The notes under the pieces were generated by a model. That model had not been told where the DNA came from and made no database searches. It saw nothing but the letters and a program-made list of their open reading frames with translations. Both the position numbers and the translations under genes were made by a program. A stretch of 64,000 bases of DNA from Chrysomallon squamiferum. Its lineage: Eukaryota > Animalia > Mollusca. Numbering within the stretch: the stretch's first letter is position 1; every line of letters begins with the position of its first letter. Location of the stretch: assembly GCA_012295275.1 (NCBI GenBank), contig CM022677.1, positions 11,160,001 to 11,224,000 on the forward strand, read 5' to 3'. Positions 30,103-43,758 of the stretch are shown here, piece by piece.

Positions 30103-30425
30103 GTATAAACAAACATTTCTTATATTCCTAGTAACCAAGGAATCAGTGTAGACAGACATATTTGTTTGTTGTGTTTATGTTTATTTTTATAAGTGGAACT
30201 TTGAGAATATACAAATTCAGGAAATAAAGAATTGAAAATGGATATATTATATGCAAAAACTTATTATTATTATTATTATTATTATTATTTTTTTTGTTTT
30301 TTTTATTTTGTATAAATATTTTTTTTTTATTATTTAAGTATATATAAAATGATTTTATTTATTTTATTAGTTATTTATTTATTTATTCATTTATTTTTAT
30401 TTTATTTATTTATTTATTTATTGAT

Positions 30426-30460
<35 letters not shown>

Positions 30461-30471
30461 TTAATTCACAG

Positions 30472-30583
30472 GACCACTGCAGGCAGTGATCAGTTTCCTG
30501 TAGCTAAAATAGCAGAACTGAAGAAACTAAAAACATGTGCTGGAGACAGACAGATTCTTGGTGCTGAAATTACCTCCCTTGGG
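30472..30583 (+). CDS. MCC: MCC exon TTAGSDQFPVAKIAELKKLKTCAGDRQILGAEITSLG
   Basis: tcacag acceptor, ggg|gtaaat donor; matches human IPIAKIAERVKL...DRPVLGSEISSIG. Confidence 0.92.
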
Positions 30584-30994
30584 GTAAATCTCATTTAACA
30601 TCATTTTAATCTGTTGTAAAGCATTTGTTAATTCATTCATTTTTATTATTATTTTTATTAAAAATAATTTCCAGTATGTAAATTTAGAGGAATTTTACTG
30701 AATTTTTGCTAATATTAGATACATTAAAAAATAACCACACACATGCAACACACACAAGAACACACATTTTAGCAAATTTATAATTAATGCTTAACACATT
30801 TAAATGTTAAATTGGAATATACTGACAATATATTTTGATAATTTCCAGTATAAACTGAATTAATGTTTCAGTTCACAATTGTTATTTGACTGATAACTGT
30901 AGTGCAAAAATATGAAGAAAAATAATGAGCACTGATACTGAATAACTCAATCACAATAATTTTCATAATTTCCAGTATGGTGTTTTAATTTATT

Positions 30995-31045
<51 letters not shown>

Positions 31046-31630
31046 TAATTCAGTCATGTCACCTGAGAATAAATTAAACTGACATAAAATTATTCATTGA
31101 CAGTATTTTTCAAAATCTCAAGTGTGAATTTAACTGATTCTTAAATTTAAAAATGTTTTCCAACTACAATCATTCCAAATGAAATACATTTTATACACCC
31201 AAATAAATACATTTTTAACAAGAACTCAGGATTATTATTCATTATTTTTCATGATTTTTAACCCTACATGTTTTGCCCTATGGTAATACTGTTTCAAATC
31301 AACTAAAATAAATATACATTTTTGAGAAAATAACACAGAATAAGTCATTGATATATTGTTTCTCATGACATCTGATATGAATTTAACTGTTTTTAAAGCT
31401 TGCTTATGTTTCTATCACCTTTCAAATCATCTAAAACAAAGTCATTTTTAAACAATAACACAGAATAAGTCACTGACATATTATTTTTCATGACATCTGA
31501 TATAAATTTAACTTATTTTTAACCTTGCTTATGCTTCTCGCCCTGTATAATATCCTTTCACATCATTTTTTAAACAGTAACACAAAATAAATAACTCATT
31601 CATACCAATTTTTCTCAATTTCTTCTTCAG

Positions 31631-32024
31631 CTTCCAATTACGAAATTAGCCGAACATTTAGTGCAGAGTTTACAGGGCTGTTCTAACATGCAGGAAATTG
31701 TTCAGACTTTGTACAAGTGTGGTTCTGAGATAGGAGAAACCAAAGTGAAAGAGTTTGAAATTGAGTTTGAAAGACTTCAGAGCAAAATTGACCACCTCAA
31801 GTCACAGAATGACTTGGCTAACCTGACGCTGAATGAGAGCAAGTCCTACTCGGAGAGGTTGACGGTGTTGATGGGGAAGTATGAGTCTAACAACACAGCG
31901 CTGCAGTTGGCTATTAACTACTCTGATCAGATGATAGAGGCGTATGAAGTGTTGTGTGTTCTGCTGGAGAGTGAGATGGGAGTTTTGTTAGCTAACTGTA
32001 GAGCTGCAGGACTTGGAAGTCTGG
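31631..32024 (+). CDS. MCC: MCC exon, conserved central coiled-coil region
   Basis: LAEHLVQSLQGCSNMQEIVQTLY...KEFEIEFERLQSKIDHLKSQNDL...GKYESNNTALQLAINYSDQMIEAYE...RAAGLGS; cttcag acceptor, g|gtgagt donor. Confidence 0.95.
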
Positions 32025-32181
32025 GTGAGTTACAACTAAAATTCTTATTTTAAAATATATTATTTCAGTAATTGCTACATCACTGAAATTCAATCTTTTT
32101 TATATGTAAATGAAGTTAATTTTTGTATATGTGTGTGTATATATCTTTACAATTTCAGTATTAGTGATTATTAAAAACAGA

Positions 32182-32223
<42 letters not shown>

Positions 32224-32429
32224 CCATTTATCATCTACAAATTCAGCATTTAAGTAATTTTCAGTGTGCATGTATTTCATTTCAGTAAGAAGGATTTAAT
32301 TTCAGTGTGTTACTTTTCTGTATGTGTAATGTTAACTTTCAGTGTGTGTAGCTGTTAATACATAGACACTGAAATTAGCCTAATGCATAGTATTATATTT
32401 TATATCTGTGTATTTTAATGCAAGTTTAT

Positions 32430-33146
32430 TTTAAGTAAGTGTGTATATTAATACAGAAGTGTATTTTCTGTTTATTTTCAGTAAGTGTGTATATTAATAC
32501 AGAAGTGTGTTTTCTCTGTGTTTATTTTCAGTAAGTGTATATATTAATACAGAAGTGTATTTTCTCTGTGTTTATTTTAAGTAAGTGTGTATATTAATAC
32601 AGAAGTATATTTTCTCTGTGTTTATTTGTTTTATTCAGTAAGTGTGTATATTATTACAATTTCAGTAAGTGTATTTTCTCTGTGTTTATTTTCAGTAAGT
32701 GTGTATATTAATACAGAAGTGTGTTTTCTCTGTGTTTATTTTCAGTAAGTGTGTATATTAATACAGAAGTGTGTTTTCTCTGTGTTTATTTTCAGTAAGT
32801 GTGTATATTAATACAGAAGTGTGTTTTCTCTGTGTTTATTTTCAGTAAGTGTGTATATTAATACAGAAGTGTGTTTTCTCTGTTTTTTTTTCAGTAAGTG
32901 TGTATATTAATACAGAAGTGTGTTTTCTCTGTGTTTATTTTCAGTAAGTGTGTATATTAATACAGAAGTGTGTTTTCTCTGTGTTTATTTTCAGTAAGTG
33001 TGTATATTAATACAGAAGTGTGTTTTCTCTGTGTTTATTTTCAGTAAGTGTGTATATTAATACAGAAGTGTGTTTTCTCTGTGTTTATTTTCAGTAAGTG
33101 TGTATATTAATACAGAAGTGTGTTTTCTCTGTGTGTTTATTTTCAG
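32430..33146. repeat. 50-bp minisatellite, ~13-14 copies, ending at an MCC acceptor
   Basis: Unit tttattttcagtaagtgtgtatattaatacagaagtgtgttttctctgtg with exact 50-bp period at 32691, 32741, 32791, 32841. Confidence 0.95.
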
Positions 33147-33338
33147 CTGATGAGTCAGGGGAGTGTGAGGATCAGGTGGAGGTGACGTCTATACTACAGA
33201 GAGCTCATCACTCGAGGAAGTCTGCTGAAGGCGAGGCTCAACATCTACTTCACAAACTGGACAGAAGCTGTGGAGTTCACACCACACCCTGTACTTCTCA
33301 CCCTGGGAGGATCTGTCTTCTAACAGCAGAACTGCAAG
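33147..33338 (+). CDS. MCC: MCC exon with 1-bp deletion near 33301
   Basis: ILQRAHHSRKSAEGEAQHLLHKLDRSCG, then PWEDLSSNSRTAS in a shifted frame (human QPWESLSSNSHT). Confidence 0.88.
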
Positions 33339-33822
33339 GTGATGCTTTACTTGAAGTCTTTTTGTGTTACATGGACTTTGTTTTCTATTATTTTATATTT
33401 AGTTTTGTAAGTACTGAAACTCACTTTATTAATTAATACACTTTGTTTTTCACTACTTCAAGGTGATATTCTGCTTTTGCTTTGTTTTTATACTTTACTA
33501 TAATTACTTTTCTGTCTAAAGAGATTTTGTCTTTAGCATTTTAATTATTCTTTTAAAATTGTCTTTATTTTATACATTAATAATTTGTTTTTCAGTAATT
33601 AACCTAAATAATTAAAAAAAACATAGTTTTGCATCTGACAGGGATTTTTTTTAAAAAATAGATTTTGATTTTGCAGTAGTCTACAGTCTATTCTGTAATT
33701 TAATTATCTTTTTAAAAGGATTTGACCTAATTAGAGAATTATAAATTTCAAGTGCATTAACTTATTTTTTCATGGCTAGTGATAATCTTTACAAAACCAA
33801 CTTTTCATTTTGAATTGTCCAG

Positions 33823-34056
33823 CACGTCCAGTTCTACGGCCAGCTCAGTGGACACTGACTTCACCAAACTGGATGAACAGAGACTGCGTGAGTACATTCA
33901 GTCACTGAAGAATGACCGGGCAGCGGTCAAATGACCATCATGGAGCTGGAGAGTTTACATTTTGATCCTCTGCTTGATGAACCCAAGAAAACTCCAGAAG
34001 CTCAAAGACTGGATTTGGAAAATGCTGTGTTAATGCAGGAGCTGATGGCTATGAAG
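33823..34056 (+). CDS. MCC: MCC exon with 1-bp deletion near 33930
   Basis: TSSSTASSVDTDFTKLDEQRLREYIQSLKNDRAAVK, frameshift, then MTIMELESLHFDPL...QRLDLENAVLMQELMAMK; aag|gtcagt donor. Confidence 0.92.
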
Positions 34057-34529
34057 GTCAGTGTTACTAAATGTGTTGTTCTGTCTGTATAAAAATTCCT
34101 TGCTGCTAATCTTAAAAGAGAATAACCCATTATTTTTTGTGAACAGGAGTCTTCTCTCATTGTGTTTGTGTTTTTAACAATTTGAATAAATTAATATAAA
34201 AATTGTCTTCTATTTTTGTGTTATATTATTTCTTTTCATATTCTTTTACTAATAACACTTTGGACTTTGTTTTATATGTATTATTATGTTCTTTCTCTGT
34301 ATTTAAAAATATTTTCTGGGATTCTAGACAGATTTGTTCTTAACACTGGAATAGCATATTATTAAAACTACCTTGATGTCTTGTACTCTATTAACTAGTA
34401 TTTCTGTTCTTTTGATTTTATTAATGACACTTTGGTCTTTATTTTGAATCATGCTCTTTTTATATTAAAACATTTTCTGAATTCTGGACAGACTCAATTT
34501 ACTCACCTTGTTGTAATTTTGTTTTTCAG

Positions 34530-34707
34530 GAGGAGAAGGCAGAGCTGAAGGCTCAGAACTACTTGATGGAGAAGGAGAAGGGAGCTCTGGAGTTGAGACT
34601 GAGTGGTAAGGAGTCACAGGAGCAGGCCTACAGAGTACAGATAGAGCATCTCAAGTGTGAGATCTCAGAGCACCAGCAGAGACTGGGCAGAGACGGCAAA
34701 CACAAAC
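34530..34707 (+). CDS. MCC: MCC exon EEKAELKAQNYLMEKEKGALELRLSGKESQEQAYRVQIEHLKCEI...
   Basis: tttcag acceptor; strong match to human EEMAELKAQLYLLEKEKKALELKLS...EQAYLVHIEHLKSE. The donor c|gtgatt is out of phase with the next exon. Confidence 0.9.
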
Positions 34708-35635
34708 GTGATTATCTCTATTTTATTTATCACTTTATCTCTTCTAAGTTAGACAGTATATATATATAATTATATAAACAGACTGGGCAAACACAAACAT
34801 GTGATTTTCTCTTACTTTATCTAGCAGTTAGACAGAGATATATATATATATATATAAATATAATATAGGGGAAACCAAATATAATTTTCTCTTAATCTAT
34901 AGTTAGACAGAGATAATTATATAAACAGGGAACAAATATAATAATAACATACACAGTAGATATGTCACATTATTAATTTTATTATTTATCACATATTTGT
35001 GTGTTTTAAACCTGATTTAAAAAGAGAAAAAAATCTAAATAATATTTATAGAATATGTGTGTTTATTTCATTATGTAAGTAGTCTAAATAAAGTGACTTG
35101 TTCATATAAACAGATAAAACCAAATAATACAAACTTACTATATCATGTCATAACTACTGATACTGTTTATCACAGTTCTTTATTATAATTTTAAATTGTA
35201 TCTTTCTAAGAATACTGAGTGTAACAGAATGTAATAATAATAGGTAATAATGATAGGTTATATCATAATATTGATTTTGTATGCCATAACCACTGATACT
35301 CTTTTTCATAATTACTTTTAAAATTTTAAATGTATTGTTATGATAATAATTAATTGAAAACCTTTTTATTATTAAATTTTAAATGTTTTAAATTTTGATT
35401 CATCAAGGTGTTAAATTAAGGAACAGACAACATTCATAATTCTAATTTTATTATATAACTGAGTTTCAATCATTTAATCTGATAATTACTTATGATAATT
35501 CTATTGATATAAATCATTACAATTTTAATTCTATTATTATAATCAAGTTTTCATTGATTATCATCATGTGAAAGATGATAATTTCATAGCTTTTATAATT
35601 ACTAAAGTTCTAAATGACTAATCATTTATCATCAG

Positions 35636-35857
35636 GATGATGAAGATGATGAGCTGACAGTGCCATCTATCTGTGAGTTGAGATTGAATGATGTGATGGA
35701 GATAGCTCAGGACCTGTGTGTGTCGCTCAGAAGAGAAAAAATGACTCAAATTCAGAGTACAAGAGTTAGTGGCTGCTCTAGAGAAAATCTCTAAAAACTC
35801 AGAAATCAGACATCAGCAGTCAGCAGAGTTTGTCAATGACCTGAAACGAGCTAACAG
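35636..35857 (+). CDS. MCC: MCC exon with +1 frameshift near 35741
   Basis: ...SLRREK, shift, LKFRVQELVAALEKISKNSEIRHQQSAEFVNDLKRAN; ag|gtaaac donor. Confidence 0.9.
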
Positions 35858-36709
35858 GTAAACATACAGGTGTATGCATGCACGTCACACATATCTACAT
35901 ATATGCATACATACACACTTGCTCATGCAAACACATACACAAATTTCAAACATAAGTTCAAATTATATTTAGAGACATTTTAATACTAAACTTATTATTA
36001 TAACCTAAACTGCCATAATGTCATTGATTTCCTTTTTATTGGTGTACAAATGTTTGCATTACATATATACTTACCCAAGCAAACACACATACAAACATTT
36101 TCAAACATTCAAATTATATTTAGAAACATTTTAATACTAAGCTTATTATAAATCTGTCATTGATTTTATTTTTTCCTTTTTACTGCATTTTTTTGCAAGA
36201 TTTTTGGTTTAGTATTAAAATCACTTTTACCGGTATTGTTCTTATTAACATTTATATATTTTTAATATAAATTACATATCTAATTTTATTTTCTGCTTTT
36301 GCTGATAGCGTTAGTATTTCTGTAACATGATTGAGGTATCTAATATTACATATCTTTATTTCACTTTATTTTTTGTTCTATAATGTCTTTATTATCATTA
36401 GTATTTTTGTTAAATAAATAATTTAATTTTACATCTTATTATTTCACTTTATTTCATAAATCACTAATATCATTTTACTTTTTTAAACCAAATTTACATA
36501 ATAGTTATATAGCTTTTTAATTTTACTTTGATATCATTAGTATTTTTGTAAAAAAATATTATAATTTTATATTTCTTTATATTTTACTTATATTTTGACT
36601 GATTACCAGCATATCTCCATAAAGTAAATTCTCTTTCTAGTATTGGTAAAAAGGTATCATTAACACTATCATGCACGTCAACATTAGAAAAACAACAGAA
36701 ACGACACCA

Positions 36710-37957
<1,248 letters not shown>

Positions 37958-38311
37958 GACACAACAGTTCCATTCATATAGACTTGATTATTTTCTGTAA
38001 AGAAGAAGAAGCCTCATATTTTAAAATATTTAACTTTCCTGTTACCAGATGGAACTGTCAGCCTTCACACAGTGTCACTGTTCCTGTGATGACAGACATA
38101 CTAAAATACACTGGAGATGGATGTACTGTAGCTGTTGTCTATATTTATGTTGACCACAGTTTCTCAATTTTCATGGTTGGTTTAATACAATTTTTGTAAA
38201 TAAAATAATAAATTAGGTGGTAATTTTTAAATATATGAATGTTAATAACTAGTTAATCAACATAATTCATATAATATTAGGTCTGGTTTTCTTTTTTGGT
38301 TTTGATATAAA

Positions 38312-38412
<101 letters not shown>

Positions 38413-40489
38413 GATGCATATGTAGCTATAAAGGTAAATAAAAAAAAGACTGTTGTTTTTCAGAAACTGCTCTGCTCTGTACATAAGAAGAGCTAATTCT
38501 GTCAGATCACCACAGGGAAGAAATGTCATCAAAGAATATGGCAGAACAGGAACATCTATAGAGGTTGTTGTTATAGTAGTAGTATTAGTCATTGCCATTG
38601 TTATAGTAATGTAGTTGTTGCAGCATTAGTACTTGTATTAACAATAATACTACTTGTTGAAGGAATGCTGCAAAATTGATCTTGGTGATGTTTCAGCTGA
38701 TGATGCTATCACCATAGCTTTGTAATAGTAATGTATCTTGTGAGACTTATGGTGATTAAAAAAACTGTTTGTAGTCAAATTACTGGTTGTAATGGTGGTA
38801 GTAGCAGTACTAACAGTAGTTGTTTCTAGAGAAATTGTTATGATAAATGTAACAAGATGAGTTGTGTAACAGCTGTTATAGTAGTAGTAACAGCAGTCAT
38901 TGTTGTTGTAGTAATTATACTAATATTAGTATAAAGAAATAAAGGCACAGGACTAATAGCAAAGAGAGTAAAACATCACTTTTATTACTAATGAATAGTA
39001 ATTTTAGTAATAGGAGTATTATTTCAATAACAGTAACCCTAGTTGAATAAGGAACAAGAGTACATTTTAGTTATAGTAATGATGGTTTTAAAAGTAGCAT
39101 GTAGTGTTGCAGTAAATGTAGTATTTTATTTGTTTTATATTTTTTACAGTATTTTATTTATTTATTTCCTCAGACTAGGCACCCACCAATGTGACTCTGA
39201 CTCAGAGTTGTTCAAAGTTCTGCAGATGAAAAGCTCAATTTTGGTGACCTGGACATTGAAGCCAACCATGTCAGATCATTCTTAAGTTGGAGAGTCTTAC
39301 AACAGGTCACCAATCTCAACAGTCAAATATCAGGAGAAAAAACTTGAAAACTTGAACATGCTAAAACCAGGCAAAGAAAAACATTAAAGTGAAACCACTT
39401 GGCAGAGACTGTGATGGCTGTGTGTGACAGTGGCAAAGTCAAAATCCTGGAAGTTGAGCAGCAGGTGACTTAGTATACTTCCATTAGCATTGTTTTATTT
39501 CTTTTTAGCTTATAGGAGTAATCAAAACAGTTTCATTTTTAACTCACAAAAACTGAACCAAGAACTACGTGGCTTAACTAGACTAAGTTCCTGACCTTCA
39601 AGATGGGCAAATTATCTCAAGAGCAGAGAAAAGAGAGTCAAAAAAGGTTGTGGGACATTGCTGAAAAGAACATGGACCAAGAACTACATGGCTTAAGGAA
39701 TGATGTTCAGGTATGTTTGAAATCAGTTCATAAAGAAAAGCAGATCTAGATTAATTTTGTTGAAGGTGTTTCTGAATGAAAAATTCTCCTTTAGCTTTAA
39801 TTATGTGATTCATATTCATCTTTATTTTAGACATATTTGTCATCACTCTACCTAAAATAGTTATATTTAATTTTTAATATAATTTTTAATATTTACTTTA
39901 TTTTATATGTTTATTTTTTAAAATACAGGCATTCAAAACTTCTCTTCATGTTTATCAACATTTAAATTAATATAGATCTGACCTTCATTCCATTGAAGAA
40001 TCTAACTAGCAGAAGTAAATAGTGCAGATTTGGGATTAAATGCCTTTCTTTAATTTTTATTTATGAATTTGTTTTTGTTTATGAGAAATAATGCTTGCCA
40101 AAACAGTCTGCTAGATCATTATAGAAGTTCAAGATGAAAGAGGAAATAAAAGAGAGAAATGTACTCAGTGAATACAGATATAACAAACTGTAAGCTGGAA
40201 ACCATTTTGAGTTTATTGTGGCTAATCCAGCTTTAATTCCAAAATTGCTAAATTAGTAATCTTGTTTTGCAAACATAATTGTGCAAGCTGAAATTAAATC
40301 TCTTTCTGGTTTTGTAGACAATTATGACAAAAAAGACCTGAAGATGACAAATTCTTCTGATACTCTTACTAGCCAGTCAGAGTAAGTCAATAAAACAGAG
40401 AACTGTTCTGAAGTAAGTGGTATCGATATGTTTTATAATAATAAATAATAGTAATGTGTTTAAGTACATATGTATATTACATATGAATG

Positions 40490-40640
40490 CAGGGCTTGTA
40501 ATGGCCAGTCACCAAATGCTAGCAAAGTTCCGTTTGGGTGACTGGGATGTTAAACTATTATTTGGGTGACGTTTTGTTTTCTATAAGTTATAAGACAAGA
40601 ACCACTATTAATAATTTGATGGCAATATTTCTTTCACAGA
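40490..40640 (+). mobile_element. Truncated relative of the 23220-24163 element
   Basis: cagggcttgtaatggccagtcaccaaatgctagcaaagttccgttt...tattatttgggtgac matches the left end at 23220-23400; absent from duplication copy 2. Confidence 0.7.
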
Positions 40641-41300
40641 GTGTTAGTTAAAATGGAAGAATTCTCTTTATTTTGTTCCCTGTAATGAACAGTTACAAAA
40701 ATTATGTTTTTAATCATTAACTCATTAATTGTAAGGTTTACTGCAGGTAAATGATTTAGTCTTTTTTAAAGTTATTTTTACTGCTTCTTGAATGTTACCA
40801 TCATATCCAGATAAATAAAGTCAGTATTAAATCATTGTTAAAGTATAATTAATTCATAATTTATAATAATTTTCCATGACTGAGATATTTCTTCCCAAAG
40901 ATTTTATTGTGAAATTAATCATATGCTCCTAGCCTGGAATTACGTTAAAAAAATAGTCTTTTTAATAATGTATGTTAAGATTCAGAATGATAAACTTGAT
41001 GCTTATTTTTTATTTATTATTTTATTTTTATTTTATTAATTTTTATTTCTATATTTGTTTATTTAGATAAATCTGGCTAAAAAAAGGGGAATGTACAAAA
41101 TCCACAAAATTGTCTGATCTTGAACAAATAGTAGGAAACAATGACTCATACATGAAACAAGATAGTTGTTTAAATATAGCTGTCGTACCACCAGCACAAA
41201 CTTTGGATCCAGCATTTCAGAGGATTTTCTTGACCAGCTTGGAAGACCTTTCAGGTAACTCAGATACAAATGAACTTGAACATGAACTTGAACAAAATTA

Positions 41301-41463
41301 ACGTTTGGTTCAGCTTGGTGTGTGGAATGTCTTGTTTGACGAGTGTCATGATGTCTCCCTGGGTGCTGTTGAATCTGTTGACGTAGTGACTTTGATACCC
41401 GGAGACCTTAAAGCTTTTTGAGGTTTTGTTGTTTTTGTTTTAGTGTCCTAGCCATGTTTCTTG
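41301..41463 (-). mobile_element. LINE apurinic-type endonuclease (APE) domain relic
   Basis: Minus-strand translation QETWLGH*NKNNKTSKSFKVSGYQSHYVNRFNSTQGDIMTLVKQDIPHTKLNQT contains the QETWL, F-x-V-x-G-Y and R...G(G)...LV...IP motifs of non-LTR retrotransposon endonucleases; one in-frame stop. Confidence 0.8.
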
Positions 41464-41559
41464 TCTTGTGTGTTTTGAGTTTGTCTTGTGTGTTTTTAGC
41501 TGAAGAATGGAGGCCAGGAAGTGTTTGTACGAGTTTGTCTCCTGTGGTCTGCTGAAGTG

Positions 41560-42640
41560 GGAGGTGTTTGTGTGCTTGCTGAAGAGTGGAGAGGTCTGTT
41601 GTTGCTTGTTGTGAAAGAGTGGAGAGTGTGTTACTGTGTTGTTGTGAAGAGTGGAGAGGCCTGTGTTATTGTGTTCTTGTTGTGAAGAGTGGAGGTCTGT
41701 TATTGTTGTTAAGAGTGGAGAGTCTTGTTGTGAAGTTGTGAAGAGGAGAGGGTCTGTGTTATTGTGTTATTGTGAAGAGTGGAGAGTCTTGTTGTGAAGT
41801 TGTGAAGAGTGGAGAGGTCTGTGTTACTGTGTTTGTTGTGTCTGTGTTTGTTGTTGAAGAAGAGTGGAGAGGTCTGTGTTATTGTGTACTTGTTGTGAAG
41901 AGTGGAGAGACCTGTGTTATTGTGTGCTTGTTGTGAAGAGTGGAGAGGTCTGTGTTATTGTGTGCTTGTTGTGAAGAGTGGAGAGGCCTGTGTTATTGTG
42001 TGCTTGTTGTGAAGAGTGGAGAGGTCCTGTGTTATTGTGTGCTTGTTGTGAAGAGTGGAGAGGCCTGTGTTAGAGGGAGAGGCCTGTGTTATTGTGTGTT
42101 TGTTGTGAAGAGTGGAGAGGTCTGTGTTATTGTGTGCTTGTTGTGAAGAGTGGAGAGGTCTGTGTTATTGTGTGCTTGTTGTGAAGAGTGGAGAGGTCTG
42201 TGTTATTGTGTGCTTGTTGTGAAGAGTGGAGAGGTCTGTGTTATTGTGTGCTTGTTGTGAAGAGTGGAGAGGTCTGTGTTATTGTGTTCTTGTTGTGAAG
42301 AGTGGAGAGACCTGTGTTATTGTGTTCTTGTTGTGAAGAGTGGAGAGTCTGTGTTATTGTGTTCTTGTTGTGAAGAGTGGAGAGGTCTGTGTTATTGTGT
42401 GCTTGTTGTGTAGAGTGGAGAGGCCTGTGTTATTGTGTGATTGTTGTGAAGAGTGGAGAGGTCTGTGTTATTGTGTGATTGTTGTGAAGAGTGGAGAGGC
42501 CTGTGTTATTATGTGCTTGTTGTGAAGAGTGGAGAGTCTGTGTTATTGTGTGATTGTTGTGAAGAGTGGAGAGGTCTGTGTTATTGTGTGATTGTTGTGA
42601 AGAGTGGAGAGGCCTGTGTTATTGTGTGATTGTTGTAAAG
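41560..42640. repeat. 38-bp minisatellite, roughly 25-30 copies, degenerate at left
   Basis: Unit ttgtgaagagtggagaggtctgtgttattgtgtgcttg (e.g. 42141, 42179). Confidence 0.95.
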
Positions 42641-43361
42641 AATGTTTAAATGGTTGGTACTGTTTGGTGTTTCTTTTGTTCACTGTTGTTTTGTGTTTTG
42701 GGGATTTCTGTTGTCTGTGTGTAATTTGTCTTTTGTCATCTGTGGATATCTTGAAGCCCAAGCTGTCTTTGATTATTCCTCGATATTCCTGAAAAATGTA
42801 CCTTCCAAATGCACAGCCATCAAGTTGGTGGTAATTATGTTATAAACTGCCATTGATCAGAAAGACGCAGATGTAAATCCTTACAACTCTGTTTCCTACC
42901 AGTCAAAACTTTATATATGAGATGACACTGAGTTGATTAGTTTCAGTGTTACTGTTGCAGTATCTGCATTATTTTGTCCATTTTTTTTTTTTTTTTTTTT
43001 TTTTATCAGCTGGATCACTTCCTCCTTCAGGATTCAAATCTGTTAACTTTAATAAACATAGATTTGTAGGTGATAAAAGTCAAGTTCAGATCAAGATAAC
43101 ACTTCAGCATTTTAATTACTGCAGTTTTGTGTTAGAATAATATACATAAACTAGCTGATGAACTTTTTTTTATGATATTCACAGATAATATTTATTTTTT
43201 ATGAATTTATTCAGTTTCATTTAATGTATCAAACTCTCTCTACCTCTTGGTCTCTCTGTCTCACTCATCTCCTGCATGCATAACAACTTTCAAAATACAT
43301 ATGTATCTTTCTGTTTCTCTGTCCATTTATAACCCATACAAAAGTACTCTCTCATCACAAG

Positions 43362-43413
<52 letters not shown>

Positions 43414-43712
43414 CATATCATGACACAGTGACCTACCTACATACATTTTTATTGTTCATTTTTTTATTGTGAATGAAAGTGGATTTTTTAAATGAATATA
43501 TAGATATATTCCATTGTTGAAAAGAAAATATGCACATTGTTCAGGGTTAATTTTCACATTCATTATACATATTTTTATACATTTTCATTTTTGCTGTTGT
43601 TGGTAAAAATGCAAATTAAATATATTTCAGTACAGATTTTAAATAATAATAATTATTATTTTATTATTCTCACTCAACAAACTTACTCTTTTTTTTCTTT
43701 TGGAAACAGATA

Positions 43713-43758
<46 letters not shown>

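Larger units (their letters stand above)
27203..35857 (+). pseudogene. MCC: MCC (colorectal mutant cancer protein) homologue, incomplete and frame-disrupted
   Basis: Ten exons are colinear with human MCC as recalled (e.g. IDHLKSQNDL, GKYESNNTALQLA, QRLDLENAVLMQELMAMKEEKAELKAQ, SEIRHQQSAEFVNDLKRAN). Candidate start exon 27203-27223 (MVDLLLK, aag|gtaagt, phase 0). One internal exon and the final exon are absent; frame lesions at ~33301, ~33930, ~34707 and ~35741. Identity is secure; pseudogene status less so. Confidence 0.85.
38454..42875 (+). repeat. Direct segmental duplication, copy 1 (38454-41268 and 42773-42875), containing decayed exons
   Basis: Colinear with 48821-51199; shared ORF LEQIVGNNDSYMKQDSCLNIA..PPAQTLDPAFQRIFLTSLEDLS at 41110 and 50683. 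Confidence 0.93.
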
